A stretch of 64,000 nt of DNA, taken from Dendrobates tinctorius (lineage: Eukaryota). The stretch is taken from NCBI RefSeq assembly GCF_039654945.1, contig NW_027361830.1, forward strand, positions 7,626,001 to 7,690,000. Reading direction: 5' to 3'. The notes beneath the pieces were generated by a model. It was not told where the DNA came from. It was given only the letters and a program-made list of their open reading frames with translations, and did no database searches. The position numbers and the translations under genes are program-made. Every line of letters begins with the position of its first letter. The stretch's first letter is position 1. This document shows positions 24,681 to 36,727 of this stretch, one piece after another.

Positions 24681-26435
24681 AAGATAAAATTGCCCAGGCA
24701 GGATAGTGTATAGGAGCAGAGAGTGCGCAGTATTATGGTGAATTTGGAAGTTAGATACACTCAATGTCTGTACTTGAGGCACAGCAGAGCTTAGCTGGCA
24801 GCAAGCTACCTGAGAGAGACTGCAGTGCACAGGAGCAACCTGGAGAACTGGAATACAGCAGGGCAGTGACTGAAAATGTGGACACCAGGGCAGATTTAAA
24901 AACTAATTGTATTAGCTCATGTGAATACATATTTACATTAATGTAAGACCACATTGTGATTTTGGCAATAACCATTTAATATGCCTAAGTTTAGGTGTAC
25001 CATAGGTGAAAGTACCCTTGAATATAGTTGATGTAAGGTGATGGGTCTAGTTAGAGTTGCACATTTCTATAGGGCAGATTTCTAGTCTCTTCAAATACTC
25101 CTATTTTCTCCAGAATAAATGTAACATTGTTCTCTCAGTCCTCATTTGGCTTGGAGGCTCATCTTGAATTGTGACGATGCATACAGAAAACACAGGCACA
25201 TGGTGCTAGCTCAGGTAGACGTCACTGAGTCCCATGTGTCAGCAGATGACGCATCCCAGGATTCTGGGAATCCCGGATTAAGGAGAGATGTGCGTTATAT
25301 TTTACCGGAAGCTGTTTTAGATGAACAGCTGCTTGTTATGTGCAGAACAAACCGGTATAGACTTCAAAATAGCGGCTTCTGAAAGTGAGTCATCTGTACA
25401 TGTGTCTCAGTTCATGCAATCATAGTAAAGGACATATAACATTACAGTAAATTCAATAGCACTGGCTATTTTTCTAGTTAGAAATGTTATCAAAATCTTC
25501 AATCTTAGTTAGCTAAAATTTTTCCTTTCTGCAAATTTACATATAATCAAGATAAACAATCAGTTACAGTATATTCTAAAGTATTTCAAATAAAGCCACG
25601 TTTTACTGTACATCCTTCTGAGATAATTATGGCAATTATCCAATAAAGCCAATCTGGAGCTACAACCGAATCCCTTTTCTCCTGAGCTAATGTGGCCTTT
25701 AATTTAATGGCATGCTTAGTAGCAGTTTATTTCATTGTAACCTCCAAATGGTTCCATTTCCTGAATGCTGAGTGACATATGACCCGAATTGCCACAGTAA
25801 AAGTAAGGTGTGTAGACAAGCGCTGGCAATGCAGTGAGGTTTTTTTTCAGCAGGGTACTTTATTCTAATGGTTTTGAAGGTTTATTTCCCTCCTAATTAA
25901 CATTTTCTGTGATTATCATTATTCACTTTTTATTATATTGAGAAAACATATATATGAATTGCTTGTTCTAAGTAGCACATAAATGCTGGCTCTTTTTTTC
26001 TAGACCTTGCAAAGTGATGGCTCTGACAGTTGACTAAATTCCCTCCATTTTTGGAAAAGTTGACAAATTTCAGTAAAAGCGGAAAAAAGAAAGGTCCGAT
26101 TAATCAAGACTGGCGTAGCACATGCCACTTAATGAATTCGGCGCCTCTTCAAAGTGGTCTACGTCACACCAGAAGTGATACTTTTGTCATGGACTGCAGT
26201 AGCATTTTTGTCATGCAAAACGCTGACACTTTAGTTAAAACTGACTTATGGGTGTAACCACTCCCCTTTCCATCCCCGGCTCCACCCAAACGTCACAAAG
26301 ATTTAAATTAATTGCAGGCTTGTTATGTTTTTTGGGGCCTTAGTCCACGCAGAAAATTAAAGCACGAGTCCCAATGAAACATCTCCAATAGGGTCCTCAG
26401 TTATGATACCTCATTCATAGTACTGATCACCTCAT

Positions 26436-27150
26436 TGTCAAGCTTCTGCCAGAAGCAAGACGGCGCACAATGAGACTGAAGGAAAGGGGAGCTCTGCCAC
26501 TAGGGAAAGATTAAAGGGGGGCACACCTGACACTTGCCCTGCACAATCCCTAGATGGGTTCTTTCTCCCCGTGTGGCAATCACGTTTCTATCCCTGTGTT
26601 ACCCTGAGAACGACCTTCACTAGTGCATAGGGCAGCAGGAACGTTAGTACAGCTCCAACATAAACAAAGAAAGAGAAACAGGGATAATATAAGCATCACT
26701 CAACACGCTCCCAGACTACAGAAAGGTGAATGGAGAGGATTAGGTGAGGCAAATCGAATAGGAGATAAGGTAACGACAAACACTCAAAAAACTTCCAAAC
26801 AGATATCTCTAGAGACTACTCCTAGACTATCTCTCTTCACAAAGCTCACACTTCCAGCTACAAACCAGGTCATAGCAAGCTATCACTACCAACTACTCAA
26901 GGTAAGTTGAACATTTATACCAGATCTGAGTGACAAACTCAGGACAGAGAGCTCTAGGAGGCAAACAGGACTATTTAAACCTTGCAACAATAGAGAAAAG
27001 GAAATTTGCACACCTTAACCCTTGCTACACCAGAACATGGGATGTCTGCATAGCTAACTGGAAGGCAAAGCAGATCCATCTAGTGCAGGTGCACTTGTAA
27101 CCAGAAGCCGTGATCTTCTGAGCCTTCTCTGTTGTGGTATCCCCGTGTCA
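26436..27150. mobile_element. Solo LTR
   Basis: TG...CA termini; perfect 5-bp TSD CTCAT (26431-26435, 27151-27155). Confidence 0.75.
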
Positions 27151-27653
27151 CTCATACTGGACAGGGGGAATATTGGACCCCCTCATAAGTACAGTTTAAT
27201 AAGTCGGTTAATAGGTATCTCAACCTAGGATAGAGGATTTCTGAAGAAGACAGCAAGTATTTTAGAGGTTGTTTCCGAGCTCTTCTATATTTAGATCTGA
27301 AACCATGGAAGTGTATGGTTAACCTGATGTTTCAATATTTTTGGTGCATATAAAAGATATGATTGTGCAAGGACATGGAAAAACATATAAATTTAAGTGA
27401 TATGGTTTTTTTTCTATAGGGTCTTTTTTTTTTGCTTTGGACTGTCTCGACTTGAAATATTGTCCCTTAACAAAATTACATAGTGTACCCTGCTGTAAGT
27501 GGTAATCTGAGGGAAAACTTGACAATAAGTGTTTACCTTTCCTACAACAACCTCGCAGAAGAAATTTTGTATCACACTGTGCTTGTTCAAACCAATTAGA
27601 TTTTTATGTGACTGGTCCATTTATAATTAAGAACTTGCCTTTAACCCCTTCAT

Positions 27654-27942
27654 ACTGAAAAAGATAAATTTCAGCTCACCTCTTGTAAGTTCGTAAGAAC
27701 TATTGAAAAGCTCTGAGCGCGGACACGTCTCTGCCAGGACGTATAATGACTCCAAGAGAAGGAAGAAAGGTCCAGCTCCAGAAATTTGTGCTCGAAACGC
27801 GTACAGAGACCTGGAGAATATCCCCATGCGGTGAACTTTGTTGCCGTTACTTGATCACAAGCAGCCATGAATGTATTTTAAACATGATACAATAAAAATC
27901 CTGGATTTTAAATTTCTGGAGCTGGACCTTTCTTCCTTTTCT
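27654..27942 (+). mobile_element. Short Penelope-like remnant
   Basis: 14-bp TSD TTTAACCCCTTCAT (27640-27653, 27943-27956); 28-bp inverted repeat (~27760-27787 vs ~27910-27937); hammerhead 3' half CGAAACGCGT at ~27793; AATAAA. Confidence 0.65.
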
Positions 27943-28469
27943 TTTAACCCCTTCATGACATTTGATGTACCTATAAGCCATGGACGGGTAGGGGGTTCCT
28001 GACCATTGATGTATAGGTACGTCAAGGGATCACTGCCGGGAGTTTGGCTTATGTGATAGCCGAGCCTTGACTCTCACAGCCAGGAGAGTTGCCCATAATG
28101 CCCCTGCTGTTTAACACCCTAAATGACGCAATCAGTATCGATTGCAATATTTAGGAGGCTGGGAAAGGTTTGGGGGCTCCCTCTCCTGTCCAATCGGCTC
28201 ACCACACAAGGTTATTGTGAGGGCCCAATCGTAGTCATGGCAACCCGAGGTAGTCATGATGACCTCTGGGTCTGCCAACTATTGCCTGTTGGATCATGCT
28301 GAGAGCATGGTCTAAGAGACTTCTGTCGGTGTAAGGACATGTTCAGTGTTGGTCAGTATCTTACATCTGTATTTGTAAAACAAAACCAGGAGTGGTACAA
28401 TCATAGGAAAAGTATAATAGAAACACATCATCACTTCTGTATTTATCACCCACTCCTGGTTTTGGATAA

Positions 28470-28969
28470 GGCCTCTTTCACACTTCAGTTTTTTCGCGTC
28501 AGTCATAATCCGCCAATTTTTGAAAAAAACGGATCCGCAAAAAAGGGGTGGATCCGTTTTTTTCCCCCCCATAGACTTACATTATTGGTGGATATTGACT
28601 GATGGTCATCCGTCACCCCCGTTTTTTGACGGATCCGCCAAAATTTTTCTGGCTCCCGGGCGGATGAGACTGACACTGCAACGTTTTTTCCTCTTGACGG
28701 TCCGCTATTTTCATGTGCGCATGCCCGGAAGCTTTGCTCCGGGATAATTTTTAACCCAGTAATGCCGTTCCGGGATCGTAAAAAAAAATCTCTCTCTATC
28801 TCTCTCTCTTCGTTTTTCCGGGCACGGGTTCCTTTAACATTCAACCTTCGCCGGATCTGTCAAAACAACGGTCCGGTGCCACACGTTGCTGTCAATCCGC
28901 CGACTGATCCGTTTTCAGCCATTTTCACGGACTACAACCGATCTGAAAAACGGACGTGTGAAACAGGCC
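28470..28969. mobile_element. Harbinger-type MITE nested in another MITE (~28330-28997)
   Basis: TAA|GGCCTCTTTCACAC ... GTGTGAAACAGGCC|TAA. Confidence 0.85.
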
Positions 28970-28999
28970 TAACAAATACTGATGTAAAATACTGGAATA

Positions 29000-29810
29000 C
29001 AAAAAGGAAGAGAGGAGTGCACCACCAAAAAAAACAATTTATGATGAAAAATGGGATCACCTACAGCATGTTATTGCATGAGATGAACAAAAAACGGGAG
29101 GCACATGCTTGAAAAATAGGGATCTCCAGAAATAAGAGTAAAAAACAATACTTTATTTACTAGTCAAACATGCAAACAAAGGACAATATTAAAAACATTT
29201 AAAAGACAAAACGTGGTAAATTCACATGTCATGCCCATAATACGGCAGTGACACTCCTCCAAAAAGAACTGTTCTAAGATATGAGTGGCCCCAGATAAGA
29301 CTCTATGCAGACTAAGCTGATGGGTATAGCAAGATTGAACACATGAATAAGTTTGTGTACCAAGCTGAAAAATAAGTACAGGCTAAGAAAATCCAATCTG
29401 CCTAGCATATATTAGGTCTATGTTCACAGTACCATATGAAAAAATCATGAATAACGCCTATAATATAACAGATAACATAAACATGAGCAAAAATATGATA
29501 TGAACCCTAAAACACATAATGTGGAAAAGAAAGAGGGGGTCAAGCAATGTAGATGTAAAGTGCATAGGTGCATGCCACAAATAAAGCAAAGAGTAATGTA
29601 GATGCCTAGAATAGCAATGCCATAATGAAGGTTTCCATAGTGCCCAATGGATAATACCAAAAGAGTTGTGCATCCAAAAAAAGCAGACTGGCAAACCTGC
29701 AAGTGTGAAGATGAAGACACTGCAGGTGGGACCATGGCGAGCAACAATGAAGGAGGAGGAAGCGACCCCACGCGTATTGCCACCAACCTATGTGGCTTAT
29801 TCAGGGGACA
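29000..29810 (-). mobile_element. Penelope-like pLTR remnant with a decayed hammerhead at 29766-29807
   Basis: Minus strand CCC CUGAAUA A GCCAC AUAGGUUG GUGGC AAUA CGCGU GGGG, followed by an AT-rich tail with AATAAA (~29152). Confidence 0.6.
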
Positions 29811-29970
29811 GGTATAGTGCATTAAAGCAGCGATCAGAGTGATAAAAGTTAAAGTCCCATAGAGGGACTAAGAAAAATAAGTAAAAAAAAAATTGTAAAA
29901 ATATAAAAAGAAAAAAAACTTCATAAATATGTATTTTTATGTAAAAACAAAACTATACAAAAAAATAACA

Positions 29971-31210
29971 TTTCTCTCTCACCCATGACATCACCACAGA
30001 GAGAGGGGATCCGCCATTAAGGGACAGGAAACCTACAGAAAAAAGGGCGGTACCTCTCCTCCACACCAGTTGGTTTCCTGTCCCTGACAGGTGACCTACA
30101 GGTTGCGGTACCTGAACAGATGAAGAAAAGTTCCGGGGCCAGCCTGTCTGGGTACTGGCAGCGGGGAGGCCCCTGTCACGGTGGGTGCGATTCCCAAAGC
30201 CGCCACCCCTGGGACCGATGTGTCTGCAGGGTGAGCGGGAGGGAGAGCAGAATCACCATTCCAGAAAGGAGGCTGGGGCTTCCGGGGGCCCGGGCAGAGG
30301 CACGCGCGATTATGGTGCCTGTATACATCGCGGCGAACTAAGATGGCCACTGCCCGGAAATAGAAGACTCAATCCGGGTCCCCAAGTTGGTGCATGCGCA
30401 GCAAGAAGTAGTCCTTCCTTCTGCCCAAATCCTAGGAATAGGGGAGAGGAGAGGTTTCACACCCTAGATGTGAAAACATGCCTAGTTCAATACCTAGAGG
30501 CCACCAAGAGATGTAGGAAGGAAGTCTCTCTTTGTGTGTTTCCAGGGGCCTAGAAAGAGAGTCAAAGCGTCCAAGAGTACCCTAGCAAAGTGGATAAGGG
30601 AAGCGATTGTCCTGGCCTATTCATCGAGTGGGAAAGCTCATTCCACAAGAGCAATGGCGACCTCATGGGCTGAGAGGTCTGAGGGATCGATAGAACAAAT
30701 CTGTAAGGCGGCCACCTGGTCATCACCTTCGACCTTTTTTAAACACTATAGACTAGACCTAGCCTCTGCGTCTGACTAAAACTTTGGAATAAGGGTTTTT
30801 CAGGCGGTGGTCCCTCCTTTAGCTACCAGTCTCTGTAATTCTCTCCGTGGTGCTGTCATGGGTGAGAGAGAAAAACTTAGTTACTTACCGATAACGGTAT
30901 TTCTCAGAGCCCATGACAGCACCCGCTTATTCCCTCCCATCACGTGTGTGGTGATGGTGAGCACATTTTACTGTTCGTAGAGTGTTTTCGTATAGGCATG
31001 GTGTTTTTTGATAATAAGCAATATTATAATGTTTATATATTTCTGTTGTCTAACCTGGAGACCCTCTGATGCTCTGTAAACCAACTGGTGTGGAGGAAAG
31101 GTACCACCCTTTTATCTGTAGGTTTCCTGTCCCTGAAGCTCAGATCCCCTATCTCCGTAGTGCTGTCATGAGCTCTGAGAAATACCGTTATCGGTAAGTA
31201 ACTACGATTT
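29971..31210 (+). mobile_element. DIRS1-like tyrosine-recombinase retrotransposon, internal deletion derivative
   Basis: Starts TTTCTCTC; ends TTT; inverted terminal repeats; internal complementary region (~30840-30925) complementary to both termini; YR fragment; no TSD. Confidence 0.9.
30430..30779 (+). pseudogene. C-terminal fragment of the DIRS tyrosine recombinase
   Basis: FHTLDV..., then frameshifted KASKSTLAKWIREAI...AHSTRAMATSWA...AATWSS..TFFKHYRLD, giving the H-x-x-R, W and catalytic Y motifs. Confidence 0.85.
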
Positions 31211-32780
31211 TATTTAGTATCGCTGCATCCAGAAAGACCTGATCTATAAACCTGTGATGCTAGTTAACTATTTCGGTAATCAAATGAAAAATAAATGAAA
31301 AACGAGACAAAAAATTATGCATTTTCATCATGCCACCGAACAAAAAGTAAATTAAAACGTGATCAAATATAAAAATGCTATAGCTGAAAACGCCATATTG
31401 CTCTCCAAAAAACAAGCTGCCATACAGCTCCATCAGTGGAAAAATAAAAAAGCTATAGCACTCAGAATAAAGCAATGCAAATGCAAAAAAGTATATAAAT
31501 GTGCTATCACTGTAATCATACTGACCCGAGGAATAAAGCCGTCTTTTCAATTTTACCACACGTGGAAAGGCATTAAAAAAAACTTCCTGATTTGCTCTTT
31601 TTTATTCACTCTGCCTCCAAAAATTGGAATATAAGCAATAAAAAAAGTTATGTGCCCCAAAATGGAACCAATAAAGACGTCAACTGGTTTCCCAAAAAAC
31701 AAGCCCTCACATGACTATTGGTGGAAATATAGAAAAAATATAGCTCTCAAATTATGGCAATGCAAAAACTTGTTTTTGCAAAAAAAACCAAAAACATCTT
31801 TTACTGTATCTCTGTTGCTTCACTATAGTGATTGGCTCTGTCAGGGCGTTTCATTTGAATCATGCGAAGAGCACCGGATAAATGTAATGTGATCCACATC
31901 GTTGTGTGAAAAATTCCCAAGAAAAGCTTCAAATCAATCCACAAAAAAAGCCCCCACTCAGGTCCGTCATCTGTTAACTGAAATTATAGGGGGCTTCCAC
32001 GTTACTGGTAACACAAAGGCTCTAGAAAGGTGAAGTGGCTCCCCCACAAGAAATTCATAAAATTCTGGGCTCCCAAATCCAAATGCCTCCCCCCTCCCTT
32101 CTGAACTCCAGTGTGCCTAATCCACATGTTTGGCATTTCTGTGGCGATGAAAACCCGCTTAATTTACAGGGTACATGTTTCCAGGTGCACAAGCTGGGCA
32201 CAATGTACAGGCACTACAACGTACTAGGCACTACAATGGCAGATTTGCAATGTTTACTCAGCAACATCACTAGACTTGTAGATAAATTCCCAGAGGGGTA
32301 TAGTTTCCAAAACGCGGTCACCTGATGGGGCATTCTGTCCTTCTAGCAATTAGAGGCTCTGTATATGGAGTCCGCAAACTATTCTAGGAATATCTGTGAG
32401 AGTCAAATAGCGCTCTGTCTCTGAGTCTTGCCGTGTGACTAAGCAGCACTGTACAGCCATATATAGGGTATTTCTACATTCATCATAAATTGTGGGACAA
32501 CTTTTGATGCCATTTTTACCCATTTCTCCATGTGAAAATGCAAAATCTGGGGCTAAAAGAAAATTTTTGGGGTAAAAATATAATTATTCTTCACTGCTCA
32601 ATGGTATAAAATTCTGTGACATAACTCGTGGTGTCATTATGATAGCTGCACCCTTAGATGAATTAATTGAGAGGAGTAGTTTGTAAAATGTCACAGAGTT
32701 AAAATCTTCTGGCACCCAGGTGCTCTGCCATTGTGACATGGCACCCTCAAACCATTCCAGCAAAATTTGAACTCCATATA

Positions 32781-32888
32781 TGTTGGTAGATCACTAGTTT
32801 GCATTCTTTCTTTTAAGCTGTTACTTATTGGTATGCAATAGGTTGATCCCAACAAATACTGAGTGGTACTCTTTATTTTTGTTGTGTC
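32781..32888. mobile_element. Short retroposed insert, probably a PLE tail
   Basis: Flanked by an imperfect duplication TGAACTCCATATA / TGAACTTCAATAT that interrupts the host repeat unit. Confidence 0.35.
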
Positions 32889-34062
32889 TGAACTTCAATA
32901 TGACGCTGCTTCACTTCTGAGCTTTGCACTTGCCTGTAGAGTCCTATTTGAGCACATGCAGGTATTGGCGTACTCAGAAAAAAACTGTGTACCTAATTTT
33001 ACCATTAATTTTCTTCTATTCCTTTTGAAAATTAAAAACTTGGGGAAAAAGCAACATTTTAGTGGAAAAAGTGGTAATTTTCCATTGACTTATCCCCATG
33101 TTGTCCAATTTTGTAAATCGCCTGAGGCTTAAAAATTCTTACTACACCCTACCTGAATTCTTCAAGAGATGATTTTTTAAAATGGGGTCAAATGTGGGGG
33201 TTACTGCTGTTTTTGGCATGTCAGGGGCTCTTCAAATTGTGACATGGCATTCGCAATCTATTCCAGCCAAAATTACGCTCCAGAATTCAATTGCCGCTCC
33301 TGCCCTTCCAAGCCCGCAAACAGTAGTTTTACGCCACAATATGGGTTATCTGTGTACTCGGAAGAAATTGCCCAACAAATTATATGGTCCATTTTCTTCT
33401 TTTACCATTGTGAAAATGAAAAATGTGGGGCTAAAGCATCATTTTTGCGGGAAGTAAATATTTTTTTTTTCATTTTCACGGCTCAAAGGTATAAAATTCT
33501 GTGAAACCCCTGTGAGTTTAAGGTGCTCACCATACCTGTAGATAAATTGCTTGAGAGGTGTAGTTTGAAAAATGTTGTCACTTGTCGGGGGTTTTCACTG
33601 TTTAGGCAGATCAGGGGCTCTGCAGACACGACATGACTTACGCTATCTATTCCTGTCAATTTTGCCCTTCAAAAGTCAATTGACTTTCCCTTCAGAGCCC
33701 TGCCGTGCACCCAAACAGTAGTTTACCACGACTTATGGGGTATCGTTGTACTGAGGAGAAATTGCACAACAAATTGTATGTTCCATTTTCTTTTGTTTTC
33801 CTTGTGAAAATGTCAAATTTGAGGCTAAAGCAACATTTTTGTGGTAAAAAAGTAAAATGTTTATTTTTTTTTCTTCCTTATTGTTTTAATTCTTGTGAAA
33901 CACCTGAAGAGCTAATAACCTTCTTGTATGTAGTTTTGAGCACTTTAAGAGATGGAGAAATTGATTCCACCATCTCCTCTACTGCCGGCATCGGCGGGAA
34001 TTGCACTGCGCTCGATTGATATCCAAGTCCAGTACAATGTTTCACACGCACCCGTAGACATA

Positions 34063-35316
34063 CAGGGGTTGGACAAAATAATGGAAACACCTAACGTTTT
34101 GGCAGCATAATCTTCGAACATGTTATAAACATGCAAACCGTGACATATGGTAATATTTTGTAGTTGATTATTTGTGTTATGTGTATGTAAATTAACTGTT
34201 TATTTTGCAGAATTGTAAGAACATTGATGAGAACCTGATACCAATGGCAGACCTCCCGGATTTTCAAAAAGGCCAAATTGTTGGTGCTTGTATGGCAGGC
34301 ACTAGTGTAACAGAAAGTGCCCGAATGCTTGGCGTGTCAAGAGGTACTGTCTCCAAAGTAATGACTGCATTTGAAAGAGAAGTAAAAATGTCCGCAGCAA
34401 AGCACAGGTCCGGCTGAAAGTGGAAGTTGACTGAGAGAGACCGTCAGACTCTAAAGCGAATTGTGAGAGAGGATTGCAAGACCACGGCTCCGAAAATCAC
34501 TTCTGAGCTCAATGAACACCTACAGAACCCAGTTTCCACGAAAACTGTTCGTCGGGAGCTGCACAAATCTGGATTCCACGGAAGAGCTGCAATTCGAAAA
34601 CCGCTGCTCTCAATGACAAATGTTTCCAAGTGTTTAGAGTGGTGTAGAAACCTCCAGAATTGGTCCCTCGAGCAGTGGAAACGTGATATTCTCAGACGAA
34701 TCATCGTTTACACTATTTCCGTCCTCCGGCCGAGTGTACGGTTGGAGACAGCCGAAAGAAGCATTCCATCCAGACTGCCTTCTCCCAACCGTAAAACATG
34801 GCAGAGGTTCTGTGATGATCTGGGGTGCTATTTCATGGAGATCTGCCGGGCCAATGATATCCCTTCATGGAAAAATTAATAGCCGAGATTATTTAGACAT
34901 TTTGGGCAACCAAGTGCATCCTATGGTTCAAGCACTATTCCCGGAGGGGAACGCCATCTTTCAGGATGATGATGCACCAATTCATGCAGCTAGGATCATT
35001 AAAGCATGGCATGAGGAACATTCTAATGAAGTTGAGCATCTCATCTGGCCTCCACAATCCCCAGACCTTGAGCATTTATGGCCGATTTTAGAGATTCAAG
35101 TTAGACGTCGATTTCCGCCGCCATCGTCGCTCAAAGAACTGGAGGGTGTTTTAACTGAAGAATGGGCTAAAATTCCTTTGGAAACAATTCACACCTTGTA
35201 TGAATCCATACCTCGGTGAATTGAGGCTGTAATCGCCGCAAAAGGTGGACCTACACCATATTAAACTAATTTTTATTGATGTTTCCAGGTGTTTCCATTA
35301 TTTTGTCCAACCCCTG
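34063..35316 (+). mobile_element. Tc1/mariner element with short TIRs, probably DD36E (Incomer type)
   Basis: TA|CAGGGGTTGGACAAAATAATGGAAACACCT, a 30-bp perfect TIR; 1254 bp long. Confidence 0.92.
34243..35264 (+). pseudogene. Disrupted transposase
   Basis: Starts MADLPDFQKGQIVG; stop at 34415; frameshift near 34683; IFSDES; FQDD.APIH; SPDL-EHLW with 3 codons missing; stop at 35217. Confidence 0.9.
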
Positions 35317-36403
35317 TATATGTACACCTGCGATCCTATTTCAGCATGCTTCAATTTTTCTTCCTATCTGATTGGAGCGGAAAAAAAAACACAATTGAGA
35401 ACAGAACCATAGGATTAAATTGGTATGAATGCAATCCGATTTTTAATTGGATTGCATTTGTCCAAGTTAATCACAAGTGGGAGCGAGCCCTAACACTGGC
35501 AATCTAGATTGCCAGAGGTGAGTATATATAGGAGCGGGGAGTGGCCAACATAGAACAGCTGAGATCATCCAAGCAGGAAAGCTTCAGAGACTCTAATCTG
35601 AACAGTTTACACCCTGCACTGCTAACAGAAACCTGTATCGTTTAATACGAAGGAGAAGTGCTTCTAATCGGCACAGAAGTACATGAAATCAGATGCTGTG
35701 GTCTTCTGGCCCCTCACTGTCTCGTAAATCTGTGACCGCAGTACTGAGTGCTATTTGAAGAGATATTAAAATTTTACATGTTTGTCCATTTTGAGGGTTT
35801 CATTGTGCGAACGAAACCCATCATATTATTTGCAGCAAATCCTCTGTTTACATTTTTTTTTTTAAAAACTAGTTTTGTTGACATCTCAATACATTACAGA
35901 TAGCATAACCATTGACAATAAATGGAAGGATCAATCATGTAGGCATATTACAATTAGGAGAACTCTGCGCTACTGAATGGTAATTAAGGGCAGTAGAGCG
36001 GCGAAAGAACACAGTGTACAGATGTCAGCAATAACCCAAAAAAATCATATGTCAAAATGGCAAAAAGAATAGCATAAACGAACAACGCCAAACAAGCTAC
36101 CAGGGCAGTATTATAAATTACAATGTTTCAAGGATAAAAAGGTTTAGATCTTCCCTTATGAGTGAAATCGAAGCAGGAGAAAGGGAGATTGTAGTTTAAT
36201 GTGGGTAGTCATCAAATGTGAAAAATTCTAGAAGTCCCAAACTCTAAAATTTCTGCGGGAAACCTCTATTGTGGTATACAATTTTCACAATGGTTTCAGC
36301 TGCCAAGTGATGATTTTTATGTTATCATGATAGATCTAATCAATGACAAACAAAGTAATTTATCATATAGTGCTGAATCACTGGACATGTTTATAGTGGG
36401 TAA

Positions 36404-36727
36404 CAGGTATGGACTGGGGCTAAAATTCAGCCTTGGCATTTGAAATCACACAGACCCATGTTGTCCTCGTCTCCATGAACCAGGTGGGATGTAATACTAA
36501 TATTACCCTGGATGAAGGAAAGCAAGATTTACTACAAGACCAATATTTCTAATGATTCCCATGGCCTGCTGGGGTAAGTGATGGAGTCAGCAACTTTGTG
36601 CTCAATCACAACTCTTAACAGTGTGGGTATCTTGAGAATACTGATTCTGTTAACAACATAGCAGACAAGGCAACCCATAACCAGACAGGCCCTTCTGGCA
36701 TTTGCCAGCATTGCCAGTCTGGCCCTG
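36404..36727. mobile_element. hAT-type MITE
   Basis: Perfect 8-bp TSD GTGGGTAA; TIR CAGG...GGACTGG / CCAGTCTGGCCCTG. Confidence 0.8.

Larger units (their letters stand above)
27948..33950. mobile_element. Large piggyBac-like non-autonomous element hosting nested insertions; right end not seen
   Basis: Starts TTAA|CCCCTTCATGAC; internal diverged several-hundred-bp repeats (GTCACTTGT.GGGG and TGTGAAAATG blocks at 32300-33900); no transposase. Confidence 0.55.
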
